DNA of 55,638 nucleotides, taken from positions 1-55,638 of the forward strand of contig CAVPRW010000044.1 in NCBI GenBank assembly GCA_963707985.1, in the 5' to 3' direction. The notes under the pieces are model-generated. The model made no database searches, had not been told where the DNA came from, and saw only the letters and a list, made by a program, of their open reading frames with translations. Below are positions 21,142 through 32,841 of the stretch, piece after piece; within the stretch, counting starts at the first letter, position 1, and every line of letters starts with the position of its first letter. Both the position numbers and the translations under genes were made by a program. The DNA is from an uncultured Nitrospinota bacterium (lineage in GTDB: Bacteria; Tectomicrobia; Entotheonellia; J063; CAVPRW01).

Positions 21142-21777
21142 ATGCGATTGATCACAGCCGTCGTTTTCGACATGGACGGCGTCCTCTGTGACTACCGGAT
21201 CGAGCGCCGGCTGGCACTCCTCGCGTCGTGGAGCGGGCGAAGCCCGGACGCGATTCACGCCGCCATCTGGCGCTCGGGGTTCGAGGACGAGGCGGAGCGC
21301 GGGGTCCTATCGGCGGACGACTACTTGCAGGGATTCGGCGAACGTCTGGGGTATCCCCTCACCGCTGCCCAGTGGGTGGAGGCCCGGCGGGCGGCGATCG
21401 AGCCCGACCTCGCCGTGCTCGCGCTGGCGCGACAGCTCCGCACGGAGCGCATGGTCGGGATGTTCACCAACAACCCCTGGCTCCTGAAGCGACACATCGC
21501 CGAGGTGTTTCCTGCCGTCCCGGCCCTCTTTGGCCCGCGAGCGATCTTCTCGGCGGAGCTTGGCCGGAGCAAGCCGGACCCGGAGGCCTTCCGCCGCCTA
21601 GCCACCCGCCTGGGGTGTTTGCCCGACGAAATGCTCTATTTCGACGACGATGCCACCTACGTAGCGGGTGCCCGTGAGGCCGGACTGTCAGCGGATCACG
21701 TGGGTGGAGCGCCAGACGTGCGTGCCAGCCTCACAGTTCACGGGCTAGGCGTTGGGAGCATCGTGATTGATCGTTGA
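21142..21777 (+). CDS. HAD-family phosphatase (subfamily IA)
   Basis: VVFDMDGVL, FTNN, SKPDPEAF, FDD. Confidence 0.9.
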   Translation: MRLITAVVFDMDGVLCDYRIERRLALLASWSGRSPDAIHAAIWRSGFEDEAERGVLSADDYLQGFGERLGYPLTAAQWVEARRAAIEPDLAVLALARQLRTERMVGMFTNNPWLLKRHIAEVFPAVPALFGPRAIFSAELGRSKPDPEAFRRLATRLGCLPDEMLYFDDDATYVAGAREAGLSADHVGGAPDVRASLTVHGLGVGSIVIDR

Positions 21778-22010
21778 CCGCTTGTCGGCAGGGAGGCCGT
21801 GCAGCGCCGATTGCTGCGCTTGCGTGGATGCGCTTCGCGCGCCGCTCGCCGTAACCGTGAGCCCGCATGCTCGTGACGGGACAGACATCGTGGACACATC
21901 AATACTCCTTCCTTGGTGGCGTTTGGTTCGGACGGCCACCCTCGTGATGGGCGTGAGGAAGTATAGAGCAATTGACCTCTGCAAGCATGCCAACATCTTC
22001 AGCGCAGACC

Positions 22011-22697
22011 TAGTGCCTCGACAGAGCTCAGTTGACAAGTTCCCGGCTATCGGTTTTCCTTATGGTAAGGCACCCATAGAGGAGAACGAGGATGGCCAAA
22101 TACATGGTTGAGCTCAACGAGGAAGCACGCCAACAGTTGTCGACCCGCATAACCACCGGGCGAGCGGCTGCGGCCAAGCTGCTCCATGCGCGGATCCTCC
22201 TCAAAGCCGATGTTCGCGAAGGCAGCCGCTGCTGGACCGACGCTGAGATCCCTGTGGCCCTGGACACCAGTGAGTCGACCGTGCATCGGGTGCGCCAAGC
22301 CTTGGTCGAGCAGGGCTGGGAGGCGGCGTTGTCCCGCCAGCGGCCTACGGGCCGGCAGTATCGCAAGCTGGATGGGGCCCAGGAGGCGCGGCTGATCGCC
22401 TTGGCCTGCAGTGCGCCCCCTGCAGGCCGCGCGCAGTGGACGCTCACGTGATTGGCGGACAAGCTGGTGGCATTGGATGTCGTCGACACCATCCGTGCGG
22501 AGTACGTCCGCACCACGCTCAAAAAAGCGACCTCAGACCGTGGCCACACAAACCATGGGTGATGCCGCCGCAGGCCAACGCCGCGTGTGTCTGTGCCAGG
22601 GAAGATGTGCTGGAGGTCTATACACGCCCCGATGATCCCCAGCGACCCCAGGTCTGCATGGATGAGACCAGCACACAACGGGTGGCAGAAACCCGCC
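22011..22697 (+). mobile_element. IS630-family element, 5' part only, pseudogenised
   Basis: End TAGTGCCTCGACAGAGCT matches the end at 39993; HARILLKAD..ACSAPP.GR..WTL; EDVLEVYTRP..VCMDE. Confidence 0.85.
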
Positions 22698-23169
22698 TCA
22701 TGCGCCGCGTATATCAGCGGCAAACAAACCAGGAACTCCAACCAGGCAGGCACGCGCTTGGGCTTTCCCCCAAGCCTTTGTCGAGGGACCAGGCGATAAA
22801 GGCCTTCATCGCAGTTGTCGACAGTCCCATCTCGAGTTCATCGCGGCCCGGCCACTGCCGATAGGCCACATCATGGTCAAGCCAGTGCGGCTGCTTGTCC
22901 AAAAACATGCGGATGGCCTCCTCGTGACTCACTAGCGCCTCCCATCAGAAAGACCCCTCCGTTCATCTTGAGGGCGTGAGGTGTCTCGTCCCCAACACTT
23001 CGGAGCGACACCATCGGATTTCCCACTGTTGCGGGCGATCCCGCAGCGCTCCCATGTGGCAAGACGATTCAGGACGACCGTATGAGCCAGCTACACCATG
23101 CGCGCGTTCTCATAGAGGGCCTTCAATGATCCAGCCTCTAGGCTCGCTTCCCTCCTCCTGGGCACGGGC

Positions 23170-24114
23170 GACCCGGCGCTCCTCCTGGAGGCCCATTATA
23201 CCCTCGGGAACAGCTTGAACTACCTGGGAGAGTTCGCCGCTGCCCAGGCCCATTTTGCGCAGGGGATGGCCCTCTATGACCCTCAGCGGCATCACACCCA
23301 TACCTTTCACTACGGGCAGGATCCCGGCGTGGCGTGCCGAGCCTACGCCGCTTGGACCCTCTGGTGGCTGGGCTATCCGGACCAAGCCCGGCAGCAGAGC
23401 CACGAAGGCCTGACGCTGGCTCGGGAGCTGGCGCACCCCTTCAGCCTGGCATTCGCCCTGTTCTTTACGGCCTGGCTCCATCAGCTCCGCCGCGAGGGGC
23501 ACTTGACCTACGAGCGGGCCGAGGCCGTCATCGCCCTCGGGGCTGAGCAGGGGTTTGCGCTCTGGGTCGCGGGGGGAACGGTGCTTCGGGGGTGGGCGCT
23601 CGCTGAGGGGTCTTCAGAGCCCGGCCCAGGACAGAGGCACGTGGAGGAGGGCATAGCCCAGATGCAACAGGGCCTGGACGCCTGGCGGGCCACGGGCGCC
23701 GAGGTGGCACGGCCGTATTTCCTGGCCCTGCTGGCCGAGGCGTATGGAAAAGTGGAGCAGGTAGAGGAAGGGCTCACGCTGGCGGCCGAGGGGCTGGGTG
23801 CAGCACACGACAAAGAGGAGCGCCGCTGGGACGCCGAGCTGTATCGGCTCAAGGGCGAGTTACTGCGGGCGCACTCCGTGGAACAGGACACAGAGGCGGA
23901 AACCTGCTTTCATCAGGCCCTCGCGATTGCCCGCCGCCAGCAGGCGAAATCCTGGGAGCTGCGGGCGGCCATGAGCCTGAGCCGCCTCTGGCAGCAGCAG
24001 GGCAAGCGGGCCCAGGCCTATGACCTGCTGGCGCCGATTTACAGCTGGTTCACCGAGGGCTTCGCCACCGCCGACCTCCAGGAGGCCAAGGCGTTACTTG
24101 ACGAATGGTCATGA
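23170..24114 (+). pseudogene. C-terminal TPR region of an adenylate/guanylate cyclase-AAA ATPase protein, 5'-truncated
   Basis: YDPQRH..YGQDPGV..LGYPDQA..HPFSLA..AELYRLKGELL..QAKSWELRAAMSLSRLW..WFTEGFATADL. Confidence 0.8.
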
Positions 24115-24216
24115 TAGAGCCCCTTACTGGTGAGGCAGATTCACGAGCAGGTTCGGCAGCGGGGCCATCGGCAGCCCGAGAGGCACTGGTGAAGCGAAAT
24201 GGTATGCAGGCGTTTA

Positions 24217-24560
24217 GCCCATAACGTCTTGCTGCTCGGCCCTCCTGGGGCGGGGAAGTCGATGCTGGCACGACGGCTCACCACCATCTTGCCGGCGATG
24301 ACCCTTGCCGAGGCCATCGAGACCACGCGTATTCACCGCGTCGTCGGCCTCACCGGCGACCGCACGGCGTTAGTTACGACTCGCCCGTTTCGCTCCCCCC
24401 ACCACACCATCTCGGATGCGGGGCTCATCGGCGGCGGCCACGTGCCGATGCCGGGCGAGGTGTCACTGGTCCACAATGGCGTGCTCTTTCTGGCGGAACT
24501 GCCCGAGTTCCGCCGCCATGTCCTGGAGGTGTTGCGGCAACCGTTGGAGGATGGTGTCAT
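24217..24560 (+). pseudogene. comM: Internal fragment of a ComM/YifB Mg-chelatase-like ATPase
   Basis: [63 protein letters not shown]. Confidence 0.85.
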
Positions 24561-24866
24561 ATATATACAATCTCGCGGGCTTCCTCGATCTCCATACATT
24601 CACGAGGTTAGCCATCAGAGTGATGGCCGTGAGAGATTCGGGGAGAGCACGGTAGCCACCTACCACTACGTGACGGTCACCACACCTCGTTGGTCACCCC
24701 TCCGCCGCCGCTCCAGCCTCTGCAGCTGTCTCATGCTTTTCGCTTGACAGCTGGCCATACCTGGAGTACTGACACCTCATCCCATACACCGATGTGAGTG
24801 GCGCGCATTGAGACGTGTGCCCGCGCACACCCCAGCCGCTCCATGGCCGTGCCGGAGTGCATACCC

Positions 24867-26037
24867 ATGTACTGCCCACGCTGTGAGGCTGACAATCCCG
24901 AGGAGATGAAGTTCTGCATTGCATGTGCCGCCCCTCTCACGAGGCGTTGTCCGCAATGTGGGTTTGCGAATCCGCCCCAGGCGAAGTTCTGTGGGCAATG
25001 TGCCACGTCGCTCACTGGGCAGACACCAACGCCGCACCCCTTCTCCCCCCCACATCCGCCGCTGAGCTATACTCCCGGTCATTTGGCCGAAGCAATCCTT
25101 ACCTCCAAGGCCGCGCTCGAAGGTGAACGCAAACAGGTCACGGTCCTGTTTGCCGATCTCAAAGGCTCGATGGAGCTATTGGCCGGCCGCGACCCGGAGG
25201 AGGCGCGCGTAATTCTCGACCCCGTCGTCGAACGCATGATGGCCGCCGTGCACCGGTACGAAGGGACCGTGAACCAAGTCATGGGCGATGGGATTATGGC
25301 GCTCTTCGGCGCCCCCATTGCGCACGAGGACCATGCGGTGCGGGCGTGCTACGCCGCCCTCGCCATGCAAGCGGCGGTCAAACAGTATGCCATCGAGGTC
25401 CAACGGAGCAAAGGCGTCCCCCTCCAGATGCGTGTGGGGGTGAACGCTGGCGAGGTCGTCGTCCGCGCCATTGGCAATGATCTGCACATGGATTACTCGG
25501 CGATTGGCCACACTACCCATTTGGCCGCTCGGATGGAGCAGATGGCCCTACCGGGCACGATTCTGATCACGCCGGCAGTCCTGGGCCTCGTCGAAGGGCT
25601 TGTCCAGGTCACACCGCTAGGACCAGTCCCCATCAAAGGACTCGACGCGCCGGTGGAGGTGTTTGAGCTCGTGGGGGTCAGTACGATCCGCCGGCGCTTG
25701 CAGGCCAGTGCGGCGCGCGGACTCACCCGCTTTGTGGGACGGCAGCAGGAGTTGGCGGCCCTACGGCAGGCGTTGGAGCGTGCCGGGGCGGGTCACGGCC
25801 AGGTGGTGGCCGTGGTCGGCGAGGCCGGGGTGGGGAAGTCGCGCCTGGTCTATGAGTTCGTCCATAGCCACCACACGCCGAGGTGGTTGGTCTTGGAGAG
25901 TGCGTCGGTGTCGTATGGCAAGGCCACGCCCTACGTCCCGGTGATCGATTTGTTCAAGCGTTACAGCCACGTCGAGGAGCACGACGACCTCCGCACCATC
26001 CGAGCCAAAGTGACCGGCCAGGTGGTGACGCTCGATG
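24867..26037 (+). pseudogene. Double zinc ribbon + class III nucleotide cyclase + AAA ATPase, truncated by IS3
   Basis: CPRC..FCIAC..CPQC..FCGQC; GERKQVTVLFADLKGS; MGDGIMALFGAP; FVGRQQE; GEAGVGKSRL. Confidence 0.88.
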
Positions 26038-27208
26038 TGTTGTGGTTTAATGAAAACGGACACCTTGATAAGGGTGATACGATAGACTCAGGAGGTGTCC
26101 CACCATGACAGAGAAACGACGCAACTATAGCGAGGAATGCAAGCGAGAGGCGGTCCGGCTGGTGACCGAGCCTGGCTACGGGGTGTCCGAAACGGCCCGC
26201 AATCTGGGGATCAATGCCCATATGCGGGGTCGTTGGACACGTGAGGTTGAAGCGCGACCAAGCGCAGCCTTTCCTGGGAACGGTCGCGTGTCGCCCGACC
26301 AAGAAGCATTCCAGCGGTGACGCGAGGACCATCAGCGGTTTCGGATGGAGCGTGACATGTTAAAAAAAGCCTTGGGTGACGTTGCCAGCGGGTCGAATTG
26401 AGGTATGCCTTGATGGCCGAGCCCCAGGCCATCTGGCCGGTTTCGGTCCTGTGCGCAGTGCTCGACGTGAGTCGCAGTGGCTTGTATGCGTACCTGCAGC
26501 GACACGCCCAGGCGTCAGTCCATGCTGAGGCAGTCGCCTTATGCACCCGTGTCAACGCGATGGCCGCGGAAACGCGTCACCGTTCTGGGCGTCGTCGCCT
26601 GGCCCAACAACTCCAGGATGACGGCTTTCACGTGGGCCGCGCGAAGGCGCGGCGGGTGATGCACAAGGCGGGGGTGGCGGTGCCACGTCCCAGGCGACGA
26701 GGTCCCATGACCACAGACAGCCGACATCACGATGCGGTCGCACCGAATCTGCTGGCGCGTCAGTTTGACGTGACGGCTCCCGATCACGTGTGGGCCGGCG
26801 ATATCACCTACATAGGGACGGCTGAGGGCTGGCTATATCTGGCGGTGCTGGTGGACTTGTCTTCGCGCAAAGTCGTAGGCTGGGCGATAGACCCTCATAT
26901 GGAGACCACCTTGGTGCAGGATGCCTTGCAGATGGCGCTCGGACGTCGCGCTCCTGCTGCGGGGTTCAGGCATCATGCAGACCGCGGCAGTCAATACGCC
27001 AGCCACGCCTATCAAGCTCAGTTGGCCAACCAGGGGATCGTCTGTCGCATGAGTGAGCAGGGCGAGTGCCTGGACCATGCGGTCGCCGAGCGATTCTTTG
27101 GCAGCCTCAAGGGTGAGCGCACCTCGCTCCGTCACTATGCCACCCGCCGGGAAGCACGGGATGATGTCATTGACTACATCGAGATGTTCTATAACAGCAA
27201 GCGGTTAC

Positions 27209-28630
27209 CCACGGTTCGCTCATTTGTCGTAACCCGTGATAATTTCAAGGGTTTTCGGGTTACCTGAAACTGTTTTTTTGAGGGTCGGTCCCTGGTTGAC
27301 TGACAAACGTGAGGCGTGCCCTGCCATACTCCTCGAATCGGGTTATACTCTCTTTGGGACAACCTTTGCCAAGGAGGGTAGCCATGGAGCACACGCCTCG
27401 GCTCTATGATACGCTGGTGCACATCTGACGCCAACATCAAAAGTGGCTCGATCGGCGCCACCTCAAGACGCGAGCCTGGATGATGGTGGGTCTTATGCCC
27501 TCGGAGCTGATGAGCCTCACGTCTTGGGCTCCGTACGTCCAGAGTCGAGCCGTTTAGGCGCCAAGTACCGTGCGACGGTTGGCCCGATGGCTCAACAACC
27601 CGAGGATCGAGAGCGCTCCTCTCGACGGCCCACTCATCGCCCACGCGTGAGCTGACTGGCGTGAGCAGGTGCGGTATCTGGCCTTAGATACGTCGCTGCT
27701 GTGGAATACCTAGTGTCTTGTGCGGCTGGCGGTCATCGATCGCGGGCGCGCCATCCCCCTCGTCTGGCAGGTGTTGGAACATCCGAGCAGCCGTGTCCGC
27801 TAGGACATCTATAACGCGTGGTTGGACGAGGCCACGAAGCTTCTTCCCCAGCAGGGCAACGTGATCTTTCTCGCCGATCGTGGGTTCGCTGATACGCCTC
27901 TGATGGCCCATCTGACCCGCTTGGGCTGGCATTGGCGTATCCGCATGCAGAAGCACGGCTGGATCTATCGTCGGGGACATCGCCGCTGTCAGCGTGAGCG
28001 CCTCTCTCTGACACCGGGCCAAGCCTGGTGCTGGCACGATGTCTTGATGACCGAGCAGCCGTATGGTCCTGTGCCTCTGGCGATGGCACAGTGCCAGGGC
28101 AACAAAGAATAGTGGTTTGTGGTCAGTGATGCACCAACCACCGTGCAGACGTTTGATGAGGATGGCCGTCGATGCGATATCGAAGAGAACTTCCTAGACG
28201 ATCAAGCAACCGGATTTCCGCTGGAATCGTCGCTGATCCGCTCGGCTCAGGCGCTGGCGCGTCTGTGTTTGGTCCTGGCGATGACCACCCTTGACCTGGT
28301 CTCGCAGGGGACAGCAGTCGTGAAACAGGGCAAACGTCGCTGCGTGGACCCACATGGGTTTCGAGGCCAGAGCGATCTGAACATTGGCTGGAATTGGGTG
28401 AAACTGGCCCTCAGCAGGGGCTACGCGCTCATAACCCGCTTGCATGTATCTGCTGAAGCCGATCCGGAACCAGCGATGGCCTCAAAACGCCAGGCCCAGA
28501 AACAACCACAGCTTTTTATCGCGCTTGAGTTTCACGATGCTGTCGCATGATAGTCCAGAGTTTTGTCAGTCAACCAGGGGTCGGTCCTCAATATTTTCAA
28601 CACCTTAGAGAAAAAATGAGCGAACCGACG
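27209..28630. mobile_element. ~126-bp MITE with IS1634-like ends, split by an IS4-like element
   Basis: Ends CCACGGTTCGCTCATTT / AAATGAGCGAACCGACG; 8-bp TSD GCGGTTAC (27201-27208, 28631-28638); ends match the IRs of the IS at 52293. Confidence 0.85.
27291..28578 (+). mobile_element. IS4-family element, pseudogenised
   Basis: IRs CCTGGTTGACTGACAAA / TTTGTCAGTCAACCAGG; TSD GGTCGGTC; transposase 27384-28550 with ALDT, FLADRGF and IEENFLD plus in-frame stops. Confidence 0.88.
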
Positions 28631-28966
28631 GCGGTTACATTCATATTTGGGGTATGTCAGTCCCAATGACTTCGAGATGTTGGCCAGGGTGTCTTAACTC
28701 AGTGTCCGTTTTTACTTGACCATCACAGCCCATGGCCCGCTATGCTTGCGCTCGGCCGGGCTTAGCAGGCCTCGCAGAGAGGCCATGACTGGTGGCCGGG
28801 GCCTTTTCGAAGGAGGGAGCCAGACGGTGCTCGCTATCGTTCTAGTCTGCGTCCCCTTTTGGGACCATCCACCGTTCCTGGTCGACATGTCTATGAGTCG
28901 AGTCGTGTCGCAGCATCATGATTCCTCTCTCCCTTCATGTCCTTAAAATCTTGATCCCAGGACCGA

Positions 28967-31065
28967 GGCTTAATTAGCACTGTAGTTGTCATGCCCCGCG
29001 GGGCAGCATGAGGGATGAACATGGTCGGTGGCGACCTGGGATGCCAAGACTGGTAGCATAGCGGGAGATGGGCTGGCCGTGAGGTCGTGATTTTGTCTGG
29101 TGCCACGAGCCTGTACGGTCGTTTGACCTGGAGTCCCTGCAGGCCCCAGGGATGGTCGCCAGCTGCCCGCGGGCAGTGGAGCACGCCACGGAGACGCTTG
29201 AGATCGGGGTATCCCGCCAGCCACCAACGCGGGAGGGGTGTCATGGACGTGGTCTTCACCCCTGGTGCGGGGTTGGAGGTCCATCAGAAGACGGTGATGG
29301 CGTGTCGGGTCACGCCTGATCCCACAGGGCAGCAGGCGGAGGGGATCATGGAGGTGCGGGCATTTGGCACATTGACGCGCGACCTGCTGGCCTTGTCCGA
29401 CTGGTTGAGAGCCGTGGGGATGACCCATGTCGCGATGGAGAGCACCGGCGAGTACTGGAAGCCGATCGATCATCTGCTGGCGGGTGACTTGACGGGGTTC
29501 CTGGTGCATGCCGCGCCTGTCAAGAACGTCCCAGGGCGGAAGACGGACCGGGCCGATGCGCGGTGGCTGGCGAAACTGCTGCGCCCTGGCGTGCGGCAGG
29601 CGAGGTTTAGCCCTGCCGCGGCGCCGCGGGAGCTGCGGGATCTGCCACGGTATCGCACGAAGGTGGTGCAGGAACGGACCCGGGAAGTCAACCGCGTGCA
29701 GGGGGTCCTGGAGCGCGCGCACATCACGTGGGCGTCGGTGGCGTCGGATATGATGGGCGTGTCGGGGCGGGCCATCCTGGCGGCCTTGATCGACGGGAGG
29801 ACCGATCCAGCGACGATGGCGGAGTTGGCCAAAGGGCGCCTGTGGGCCAAGATGCCTGTGCGGGAGCAGGCGTGGACCGGGTTGGTCCGGGACCATCACC
29901 GGCGGCTGTTGGCGATGCCATGGGCCCCTATTGACTTCCTGGAGGAACCGCTCGACACGCTGAGTGCCGAGCTCATCGGCCTGCTCACCGACCTGAGTCC
30001 AAAGGAGATACAGCAGGCGGTACTGGCCTCGCGAGCCGTGAGGATCAACCACGAATCTAGCCGCCTCCAGCACGCCAGCAGCGTGCAGTGGAGCTGGCGA
30101 TGGCGGCTTTGAAGGCCATGCCCGTCCCTGCCACGTGGTGCCTGGCTCCGGCACCAACGTCTTGAGGGAAACCCGCGCACCTGGCCGTGGGACGGAAAGT
30201 GCCGCCAGTGTGGATGCGCAAAAAGGGGTGCCATCCAGGCGGGTGATGCGCCGAAACAGCCAGCGTGCATACAAGCCACGATCGGCCAGTACGAGAACCG
30301 TCCACGACCGTGGGACCGCCGGTGCACCTGACGCAGCATGCGCAACCACTCCGCCGCCAGGCATGTTTGGCGGTAGCTGACAGGACGACCAGACGACTGG
30401 GATGGCACAGCCGCGATAGACCACGCTGAGCACAAGACCGTAAGCGGTGCCAAGTGCCCCCCCTCCCGCGCCGCCACCCGCCGCCACGGCCGGGGGTGCC
30501 AGCGAGCCGGGGCGCGGATCGGAGCCAGCACCCGCGGACACCCCCCTGACCTGTGCGCGGGCGGTCACGGTGCTGGACACCATGCCCGGCGTCGATCAGC
30601 GGGGTGGGGAACGGTTGGTCGCCGTGTGGGGGATCGACATGGCCCGCTTTGGCACCGCGGCGCGGCTGTCGGCCGGGAGCGGGGTGGCGCCGGGGCATGA
30701 CGAACGCGCGGGCCAGCAGCGCTCGGGGAAAACCCGCAAGGGCAACCGCGCGCTGCGTACCGGCTTGACGCCACTGGCCCATGCGGCGGCCCGCACCAAG
30801 GACACCGATCTGTCGGCCTGGTCTCACCGCCTGGCCGCGCGCCGGGGGAAGCAACGCGCCCTCATGGCGGTGGCCCAGGCGATCGTCGTCAGTGCCTTCT
30901 CTATGCTCTCGCGCAACGAACCGTATCGGGAGCTCGGAGCCCACGACTTCGACGCACATCAACGGGAGCCTGTGGTCGATCGCCTCACACGCCGGCTGCA
31001 GCACCTAGGCTACCGCGTGAGCCTCGAACCGCTACCGGCTGCGTCATCCTGTATTTTCAACAGAG
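28967..31065 (+). mobile_element. IS110-family element copy 1 with a long 5' non-coding end; degenerate and interrupted; left boundary approximate
   Basis: ATG 29243 MDVVFTPGAGLEVHQKTV..MESTGEYWKP..PGRKTDRADA.W..RELRDL.RYR; C-terminal half after 30452 (PGV..G..PG..E.AG..RKGN); right end CAACAGAG shared with copy 2. Confidence 0.88.
29999..30451 (-). pseudogene. Indel-rich internal fragment of an IS4-like transposase lying inside IS110
   Basis: SVVYRGCAIPV, AKHAWRR, VLADRGLYARWLFRRITRL and WHPFLRI in shifting frames; no IRs; absent from IS110 copy 2. Confidence 0.7.
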
Positions 31066-31612
31066 AATTAAACCGGCGCGTTTATGTACCAGTAAACCTC
31101 CTACTACTCAATGCCCACACCTGCAACCTGACAGATCGGGGAGGTTTGTTTCCGCCAAGGCATTTGTTACGATTTCCCCCAACACTCTCTCGCTTGCTAG
31201 ATCGGCATCTTTTTAGTCCATTCGATGACCCAGCTTTTATCCATGTGCAGTAAACCATGCCGATCCCATCCATGCCCCAGGTCGTCCTTGCCTTCTGCTT
31301 CGTTCGAGATCAGTAGTATCTGATCCAGTACGAATAACACTATTATAGGCAATTTTTACCCGGATCATTCTGTGCTGTCCACGGCCGCATACCTTCCTCA
31401 TTTCCCAGTCCCTGAGGACATGACAATCCTCGGAAGAGTCACGTAACCACCAGGTTTCATGCTGGTGAACGGCAGGAGGTCTAAAGATACAATGCGGCCT
31501 TTCGTACTGGTCGGTCGGCTGCGAGATCTAACTCAGAGGTTACGACTTTGTATCCGGCAAATCAGGGAGAGACAAAACAGCTACGCGGAAGTAAGCACCT
31601 AGGCTAGACCCG

Positions 31613-31628
31613 TGGTATGGATATTGCT
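31613..31628 (+). promoter_or_regulatory. Putative sigma54 -24/-12 promoter
   Basis: TGGTATGGATATTGCT (GG-N10-GC), upstream of the flhG remnant and fliA. Confidence 0.65.
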
Positions 31629-31691
31629 CGTTATATCCTTAGCATTGGACGTTGGTCCTAACTGAGTCTAAGGCTCCTCACGACGCTATTC

Positions 31692-32030
31692 ATGAGAGGT
31701 CAATCAGTGAACCATCAGCGCTCGACCAAGCTGTCAGCCATTGAAAATTGTCGACGCAGCATAGACGAGACCGGTGTCCTTGCAGACTCGGCATTTGAGC
31801 TTACCAAACTGCAAAAAACCATACTGGCTATGAATGCCCACCTTGACCTGGGGAACCTCAATATTATGCTGGCCGTTACGTTCCGTTTTACCCTGGAGCA
31901 TGTGTGCCAGGGAGCTACGAGCCGACAGCGAATCATCGGGATACATTTCCAGGACCAAGTGGCAAGCCATCGACGCATGTGCACAAATCTCCACAGCGAT
32001 CGGTGCATTCCCGTTAATACCCTTGCCAGG
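31692..32030 (+). pseudogene. flhG: Degenerate FlhG/FleN (MinD-like) remnant
   Basis: AFELTKLQKTILAMNAHLDLGNLNIML..RFTLEHV.QG resembles the FlhG D.DLGL.N.D..L region; P-loop eroded; lies directly before fliA. Confidence 0.5.
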
Positions 32031-32079
32031 GCCCGAATACAATTTGTCTGGCTGCAGCTGTTTAGGAAAGGGACGAACT

Positions 32080-32841
32080 ATGGAGACAACAACGGCAAAA
32101 CAAAGCAACAGACAGGTCAAACTATCTACGGCTGAGCGAGACCAACTAATTATACGATACGCCCCTTGGGTAAAATTCATCGCCATGCGTATGGCCTCCA
32201 AGCTACCTTCACATATTCAGGCAGAGGATCTGATCAGTGCAGGGATTATCGGCCTGATTGACGCCCTGGATAAGTTCAACCCGGCCCGCGAGGTACAATT
32301 TAAGACCTATGCCCAGATCCGCATCCAAGGCGCGATGAAAGATGAGCTCCGCGCACTAGACTGGGCTTCGCGGTCGATGCGCCAGAAGGTAAAACGCCTG
32401 GAGCATACGTATACGATTCTCGAGCAGGAGTTAGGCCGACCGCCTTCATCGGAAGAGGTCGCCAACTCATTGGGCATCGAGATGGACGAGTTCGAAGAAA
32501 TGTTGGATGACGTCAAAGGCACTTCGCTGGTTAGTCTAGAAGAGCTGGGACAAGGACCAGCTTCCGAAGACAAAATCAGCCTTTTGGAAGCACTCTTAAC
32601 CCGCGAAGATCAGGATCCTCTGGAGGTATTGAATTTACAAGACCTCAAGAAGGCCTTATCTTTTGCGATATCAGAATTACCTGAAAAAGAGCAACTGGTG
32701 CTTTCGCTTTATTATTTTGAAGAGCTGACCATGAAGGAAGTTGGGAAGGTTCTGAACCTGACGGAATCACGTATCTCTCAACTTCACACCCAAACTGTTC
32801 TCCGGCTACGCAGCAGACTCAAAGCCTATCTTGCTGGGTAA
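32080..32841 (+). CDS. fliA: RNA polymerase sigma-28 (FliA/WhiG)
   Basis: RDQLIIRYAPWVK..DLISAGIIGLIDA..FKTYA..RIQGAMKDELRALDW.SRS..LYYFEELTMKEVG.VL.LTESRISQLH. Confidence 0.95.
   Translation: METTTAKQSNRQVKLSTAERDQLIIRYAPWVKFIAMRMASKLPSHIQAEDLISAGIIGLIDALDKFNPAREVQFKTYAQIRIQGAMKDELRALDWASRSMRQKVKRLEHTYTILEQELGRPPSSEEVANSLGIEMDEFEEMLDDVKGTSLVSLEELGQGPASEDKISLLEALLTREDQDPLEVLNLQDLKKALSFAISELPEKEQLVLSLYYFEELTMKEVGKVLNLTESRISQLHTQTVLRLRSRLKAYLAG

Larger units (their letters stand above)
26038..28727 (+). mobile_element. IS3-family element copy 1, interrupted by nested elements
   Basis: IRL TGTTGTGGTTTAATGAAAACGGACAC, IRR GTGTCCGTTTTTACTTGACCATCACA; orfA at 26105; orfB with WAGDITY..H.DRGSQY..AERFF. 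Confidence 0.93.

Noticed and set aside
31834..32079. 82-aa N-terminal extension of FliA in the ORF track
   Set aside because: The RBS-like sequence and ATG at 32080 give a normal-length FliA; the upstream region is better explained as flhG debris.
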